A DNA stretch of 64,000 nucleotides from Ramazzottius varieornatus (Eukaryota > Animalia > Tardigrada), in NCBI GenBank assembly GCA_001949185.1, contig BDGG01000001.1, positions 6,361,591 through 6,425,590 of the forward strand, given 5' to 3'. The stretch's first letter is position 1. The number at the start of each line of letters is the position of its first letter. Shown piece after piece: positions 61,632 through 64,000 of the stretch. The notes under the pieces are model-generated. The model saw nothing but the letters and a program-made list of their open reading frames with translations, was not told the origin of the DNA and ran no database searches. The position numbers and the translations under genes are program-made.

Positions 61632-64000
61632 TCAGGCAGAATAATGAACAAGGGAGATTTCTTCCAGATTACGGTCCTCTTGGGATTCCATAATCGAACC
61701 GCCAAAATTAATGGTGTCGCTCTTAATGTCAGCAGGACGATTATCTGGCTCTATCTGACTCGTTTTCTCCTCGACGATAGTTGATTTAACTCCGCGACCT
61801 CGTTCCAGTGTGCTCAACGGACGATAGGGAGCAAACAGTGCATTTCCTTCCTGTATGAAGTAGAGGGATTGACTGGTGGGCGGAAGTTTTGATTGCCGGC
61901 TATTTCCGTGTGTCGACCACAAGGAGAGGGAGCGGCGACGGGGTGTGCGGGTTGTGAAGCAGCTGACCGTGCTGGATGGTTGCGTGTTGAAGGACCCGCT
62001 ACCCGATCGTGAAGGCTGGTACTGGTACTCAAACTGCAGCCGCTGAATCTTCTGCGTCTTGCGTGCCAAACAGCGCACCGCTTCCAAGGAACGACGACGC
62101 ATGCCCGCCCCAGCAGGAAGTCCTCCTGTCGCTGTAATCACATAAACAAGGAACAGAATCTCTTCAATTGCTAATGTCCATTAACACTTCCGCATTCAAC
62201 TTTGAGTGCGGTAATTAAACTACTGTCCATTATGCAATGGTTCATATACTCCAAACCGGAAGCTTTTAATGCTTCTCCCTTTTAATCTTCCTTTTATGGA
62301 AGTTAAAATTCTGACATTTAAAAACCCGACGGACGCTCAAGTGACAGAAAACCAGACAGCATGACTCCCATACTCAAACCAGAACGGGTTTTAGAAATTA
62401 AGTTATTGATTGGTCGGGATTCGACATGGTGACGAAGGACTAATTGAATTATGTCTACGTATATATCGTAGTGTTTGAACATTCCTGGAAAATGAATTTG
62501 TTAATGTCTGAACTGACACTTGTCCTTCAGCAATCCACTCTCGAATTTTCCCGTGAAAGCACTTGACTGACACTCAAAGATTAATTTTGATCCATGAAAC
62601 TGTCAGCAGGAAGCACTTACGCTTGCCGGTACGTGAAGAGGAGAAACTGGTCTTGCACAGCTGACTTGCGTCACAACAAAGCATCCTCAGTATCTTCTGA
62701 TACGCCGCTGAGAGTTCTCTGGAACGGAATGCGTAAATGACGGGATTGATGCAGCTAGAGAGATAGAGGAAAATATATGCCTGTAAAGCAAAAATGGTTA
62801 AGTGGAGAGGTAAAAAACTATGGGCGCATGTATCGATTATTAATTTCGTTTCATAATTCCTCATTCTTCCCCTTTCGCAAACAAGAAAATGACCTTGTAG
62901 CGCGTCGACTACTGCATTTTTAGACCGAAAGTTCTGTAATTGAGAGCGGGGAAAACAAAATGTACAAGATCGTTTGTTATCTTGAGTGGCGCACCCTGCC
63001 AGCCGGAAGCAATAGAAACCTGCGCCATCTAAGATAATGATCTTGTACGATTAATGTTTCCTGATCCAATTAAATTACCGGACAAACTGGAGCTCATGGC
63101 TAGTTAATTTTTGATGAGATCGCTGCATCGCTGCATCATGCAAGATATAGAGCGGAAACTTGCCACAGGATTGAAGACGGATGGTACTCGGGTCTTGTCC
63201 TTGAAAAGTGCGATGGTAGTTGAGTAGGCGATGTAGGGCGCCAGGCACAGCAAGAAGGCCACGAAGATGATGATGAGCGTGATGGCAATCTTGCGTTGAC
63301 GGGCCAGAAGGTGCTTCTCCGATAACGACTGCCAGTAATCTTGCTCCACTAACCGCGAGACAGAGCGTCGGAATATACGGAAAACAGCTGTGTAACAGTA
63401 CAGAATAACAAGCAAGGGAATGAGGAAGTTGGTGGAGGAAGTCAGGATGGAATGGGATACTTCGCGGGCATTGCCTCTTTCCGGGTTTTTGGGACCACAC
63501 TATGTAAACAAAATCAACTTAGGCATGGCTTGTCACGAATGGCGCTCCGGAAAACAATTTGGTTTAGTTCATTGCCTGCGTATCATTTTATTGGAAATTT
63601 GAGGCCCTAACCTGCGTGGTTCCTGTTTTGTATTCGATGCGGGTCCATCCCGTGACCAAGGCTGTGCCGAATAACAGTCCCCAAATCCAAGCCGCTGAGA
63701 TCATGACAATGATTCGGCGGACTGGCGAACCATCGGAGAAGATATTCTTCGTGGACCAGTATTTATGGATGGAAATGTACATCAAGGAGTGGATCGAAGC
63801 TGCGGCGAACAAGGCATTCAGGAACCCGTTGACCTGACAAGCCGTTTCCCCGAGGACCCAGCCACCGTTGAAAGCTGTGATGGCCGAGAAGGGAACAGCC
63901 AGAAGACCGGTCATTAGATCAATGGTCGCCAGGTTGGCCAGTAGTATGTTTGTCCGAGTTCGCATCCTCTTGTATCGCGTGACGATGAGCAGAACCAGGA
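61632..64000 (-). CDS. Class A (rhodopsin-family) GPCR, 5' end outside the window
   Basis: TM2 LANLATIDL, WVLGETAC, TM6 FLLCLAPY, TM7 SSCINPVIY. ISIHKY at the DRY position. Confidence 0.9.

Noticed and set aside
61632-64000. Opsin
   Set aside because: No retinal-binding Lys in TM7 (YIFLYLSSCINPVIY).
1-64000. CRISPR arrays, rRNA/tRNA genes, prokaryotic operons, and most short or antisense ORFs in the track
   Set aside because: The DNA is intron-containing and eukaryotic. I saw no regularly spaced repeat-spacer array or RNA-gene signature. The extra ORFs overlap real exons in other frames or lie in repeats.

Overview
Eukaryotic (animal) genomic DNA: compact, with short GT-AG introns. The style is reminiscent of a small invertebrate genome such as a tardigrade, but the organism cannot be proven from sequence alone. 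Host genes in order: GH18 chitinase-family gene, ARMC3, a decaying cluster of secreted/GPI-type genes combining a Ly6/three-finger-like domain with an unfamiliar Cys-Trp-Pro repeat domain, NDUFA12, TMEM185, a SLC35A nucleotide-sugar transporter, REXO1, a highly divergent CENP-L-like gene (reconstructed across 8 exons), MTA, C9orf85-like, RPB10/POLR2L, TRMT2B-like, and a class A GPCR running off the window end. Mobile DNA is abundant. It includes a PIF1-helicase fragment, two copies of a hAT-type MITE with 8-bp TSDs, a mariner-type MITE inside a coding exon, and a Tigger/pogo element in an intron. A ~16 kb TE island (37-53 kb) holds a dead Harbinger, BEN-like relics, a dead hAT transposase, several MITEs and an apparently intact two-ORF PIF/Harbinger element. 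A dispersed ~80-bp palindromic repeat family (core CAAGTGGCGCAC...GTGCGCCACTTG) and a strong excess of TGACGTCA motifs are also visible. All gene models were built by eye; spans of spliced genes include introns, and family assignments are from remembered motifs, not database searches.
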